From an uncultured Verrucomicrobiae bacterium (GTDB lineage Bacteria; Verrucomicrobiota; Verrucomicrobiia; Chthoniobacterales; UBA10450), in assembly GCA_963834385.1 (NCBI GenBank), contig CAWIBO010000005.1, positions 1 through 64,000 on the forward strand: a DNA stretch of 64,000 nt, written 5' to 3'. Position numbers and translations under genes: made by a program. This document shows, in pieces, positions 61,819 through 64,000 of this stretch (within the stretch, counting starts at the first letter, position 1; every line of letters begins with the position of its first letter). A model generated the notes under the pieces. That model did not search any database, had not been told where the DNA came from, and saw nothing but the letters and a program-made list of their open reading frames with translations.

Positions 61819-62164
61819 TTCCCGACGATTCACCATTCACCATTCACGTTTGAAAAATCCGCCGGGGCCGGCGCACGCTAACGGCGCTGTCTGGTTTACC
61901 GCGTTGTCCGGCAAATGGACGTGACCAGCGCAGGTCGCGCTGTAGCGTCCGCTGTCCTCAGCGGACCCTCTGCACGGAGTAAAGAACGGGGGATTATATC
62001 GAATGCTTAAAGCATTCGATCGGAATTGGGGGCGGCCATCAGGGAAGCGAGGGTGACAGTGATGAGGTTCCGGGCTGCGATGCGCCGCGAACGCGCCGAA
62101 GGAAGGCAGAAAGGAGGCCGGAGCAGCTCTCGGAAGACCGGACGCGATCGCAGAGGGCACGACG

Positions 62165-62618
62165 TCAGGCTGCACGGTCATCAGGTCTGACCGCGAACCA
62201 ATAGACCCAACCGATCAGGAACAGTTGCAGGGGAAGGCGAACCAGGAGGTAGCCTGGTCCGGCGGCGTGCCCGCCAAAATCGACGCGTTCCCAGGCGGCG
62301 TAAATATTCGAGGGGAAGATCAGCACCAGGAAAACGATCAGAGCCCGGCCGACGTGCCGCGACAGCGGGGTGACGAAAATGAGCACCGCGGCCAGCAACT
62401 CGAGGATCCCCGTGACATAAATCAATGGGAGGCGCGCCGGCACCCAGTCGGGAAGCATCAGCGTCATCTCCTGGGTCTTCAGGAAATGCCCGACGCCTGT
62501 AAACGCGAAAACCAGGGCGATGCCCGCCTTTCCCCTTAAAACTTTCGGAACCTTCAGAAACGCCAGGAGCCAGTAGGGCAACAGGAGCAACGCGAGAATG
62601 ATGGACGATGTTCAGCAT
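62165..62618 (-). CDS. DoxX-like membrane protein (apparent frameshift near 62603)
   Basis: G.GHF, MLPDWVP, TGILE, FPSNIYAA, RLPLQ. Confidence 0.8.
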
Positions 62619-62774
62619 GCCGGGGCTTTATTTCAAAAAACCCGCACAAGCTCTGCCGTCCGCAGGCGGGCGCTTGCTCCGTTGCCTGCCCGGCGGTGAA
62701 GCGTTCATCACGTCAATGTAGCGCGGAGACGATCTGCCACAGAAAGCGGCCAGCGGTTCCGCGGGAGCGCCGGG

Positions 62775-63302
62775 TCAGGCCTGAAACCTGGCCGCTAATG
62801 CCTTGAGCGCTCCGTTCCAGGCGCGGTCAAACCACAGCCGTGCCTTGTCCCACTCCGGCGAATGTCCCCATCCGGTGTGAATGAGATGGACCTCTGTCGT
62901 GCCGTTCGGTTGCCCCGCGAAACTCACCAGGACATGCGTCGCCGGATCAGCTCCATTCATCGAATCGTCAAACATGTTCGGACCGATCCAGTCAAACCCG
63001 AGAAGCTTCTCGGGAACCAAAACGGTGATGCGACAGCCTGTCGTGCCACGATTCGGCGGCGCCGGGGGCGACTTCCAGAAGATCTCGTACTTGCCTCCGA
63101 GTTTGGGCTCAACGTCAGCACTGTCGGCGAGCCACGTGGCCAGCAGCTTCGAATCGGTGAAATGGCGAAACGCTTCGGCCGGCGAACATTTCAGGAGCGC
63201 GACGGCATGAATCACATTGTCCGCGTTTGAGTGCACCGAGGGGTTCTTCTCCATTCGCTCCGAGGCTTCGTTCAGACCAGTCATGCCCGCGAGCACGATC
63301 AT
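62775..63302 (-). CDS. SRPBCC (AHA1/START-like) domain protein
   Basis: FTD...L..W, L.FDW, T.V.L.HTGW, W..AL..L; true start may be 63330 with a frameshift. Confidence 0.82.
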   Translation of the reverse strand: MIVLAGMTGLNEASERMEKNPSVHSNADNVIHAVALLKCSPAEAFRHFTDSKLLATWLADSADVEPKLGGKYEIFWKSPPAPPNRGTTGCRITVLVPEKLLGFDWIGPNMFDDSMNGADPATHVLVSFAGQPNGTTEVHLIHTGWGHSPEWDKARLWFDRAWNGALKALAARFQA

Positions 63303-63412
63303 ACAGATCAGGCCATTGTTTGAGTAACATAATGTCCTGACGCGATGAAGTTCGGTTATGCCTACCGGGAGAAGGCCATGATGGTTGGTTGGTAGATACT
63401 CCTGCCATGATT

Positions 63413-63637
63413 TCATCTTGAAGCGTCGGTGGTGCCACGTGCGCTTTTTTGACGCCGGGGACGCAGCAGGAGCACGATGGCGCTGAGGCAGGCGAGACCA
63501 ATAACCGCGTAACCGATCTGCCATGGCAGCCGTCTGGCGGCCTCGGGATACTCGTAGCTCGCCATGAACCCGAAGACGCAGAAACCGACGACGGCCAGCA
63601 AGACCAGCGTTCCGAGGACGCGCGGGAGTATTTGCAT
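63413..63637 (-). CDS. Small 2-TM hypothetical protein
   Basis: 74 aa; FCVFGFMASYE between hydrophobic segments. Confidence 0.65.
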   Translation of the reverse strand: MQILPRVLGTLVLLAVVGFCVFGFMASYEYPEAARRLPWQIGYAVIGLACLSAIVLLLRPRRQKSARGTTDASR

Positions 63638-63787
63638 GTCAGTGACGAAGCAACGTGGCGCCGGCGCTCATGCTGCCGGCGACATGGATAAGAACAGCCG
63701 CCGGGGGAGATGGCGAGCTAAAATGTTTCGGCAGTTGCGCCGCCGCCCGGAGCCCAAACTTTAAGGAGTGGACCCTGCGGAAACGCC

Positions 63788-64000
63788 TCAAAACTCAGTC
63801 TTCCGCTTTCCCGGCATTGTCAGCTGGCGAAAATGAAATGTATTCGAAGAGTCCTTCTTCTCTTGCGCTGCCCACTGCGCTACCTCCTCAGCCGTCAGTT
63901 GGCTCTTGTAGCACTGCAGCGAAAGCATGGCCGTGCGCTCGTCTTCTTCAGAGAATCCAATGGAGACGTTTAGATACTGAGGAGCCACGGTGTTCAAGCC
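63788..64000 (-). CDS. C-terminal fragment of a gene running off the window, possibly a PIG-L family deacetylase
   Basis: SL.CYKSQ resembles the PIG-L C-terminal 'AL.CH.SQ'. Confidence 0.45.
   Translation of the reverse strand, partial: GLNTVAPQYLNVSIGFSEEDERTAMLSLQCYKSQLTAEEVAQWAAQEKKDSSNTFHFRQLTMPGKRKTEF

Noticed and set aside
63321..63362. Integron attC site (GCATAAC...GTTACTC on the minus strand)
   Set aside because: Only ~40 nt, poor internal complementarity, overlaps the likely SRPBCC start, and no intI is present

Overview
High-GC bacterial chromosomal segment, most likely Verrucomicrobiota (Chthoniobacterales/Spartobacteria-like). This taxonomy is inferred from the PEP-CTERM, orphan prepilin, DUF2851 and Gld-like ABC genes and the repeat style; it is not proven. 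Most of the window is housekeeping and metabolic: phnDCE-type ABC transporter, tRNA-Gly(CCC), serS, bamD-lptE, tRNA-Leu(CAG), Gld-like ABC system, htrA, sucA-sucB-lpdA, recO, gluconokinase, pxpBCA with two transporters, kynU, upp and tmk-holB. No CRISPR array, integrase, transposase, phage or rRNA gene was seen. The most unusual feature is a translationally coupled pair of paralogous secreted proteins beside tRNA-Gly (8853-11473). They have divergent N-termini and a conserved C-terminal domain with a single Cys and a QWxxW motif, reminiscent of thioester domains. Intergenic DNA carries many heptamer microsatellites, a duplicated ~110-bp purine-rich element, several REP/REPIN families and a repeat-bracketed cassette-like region at 61-62 kb. 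Many genes appear leaderless. About ten single-base frameshifts in otherwise intact genes are most likely long-read assembly errors.
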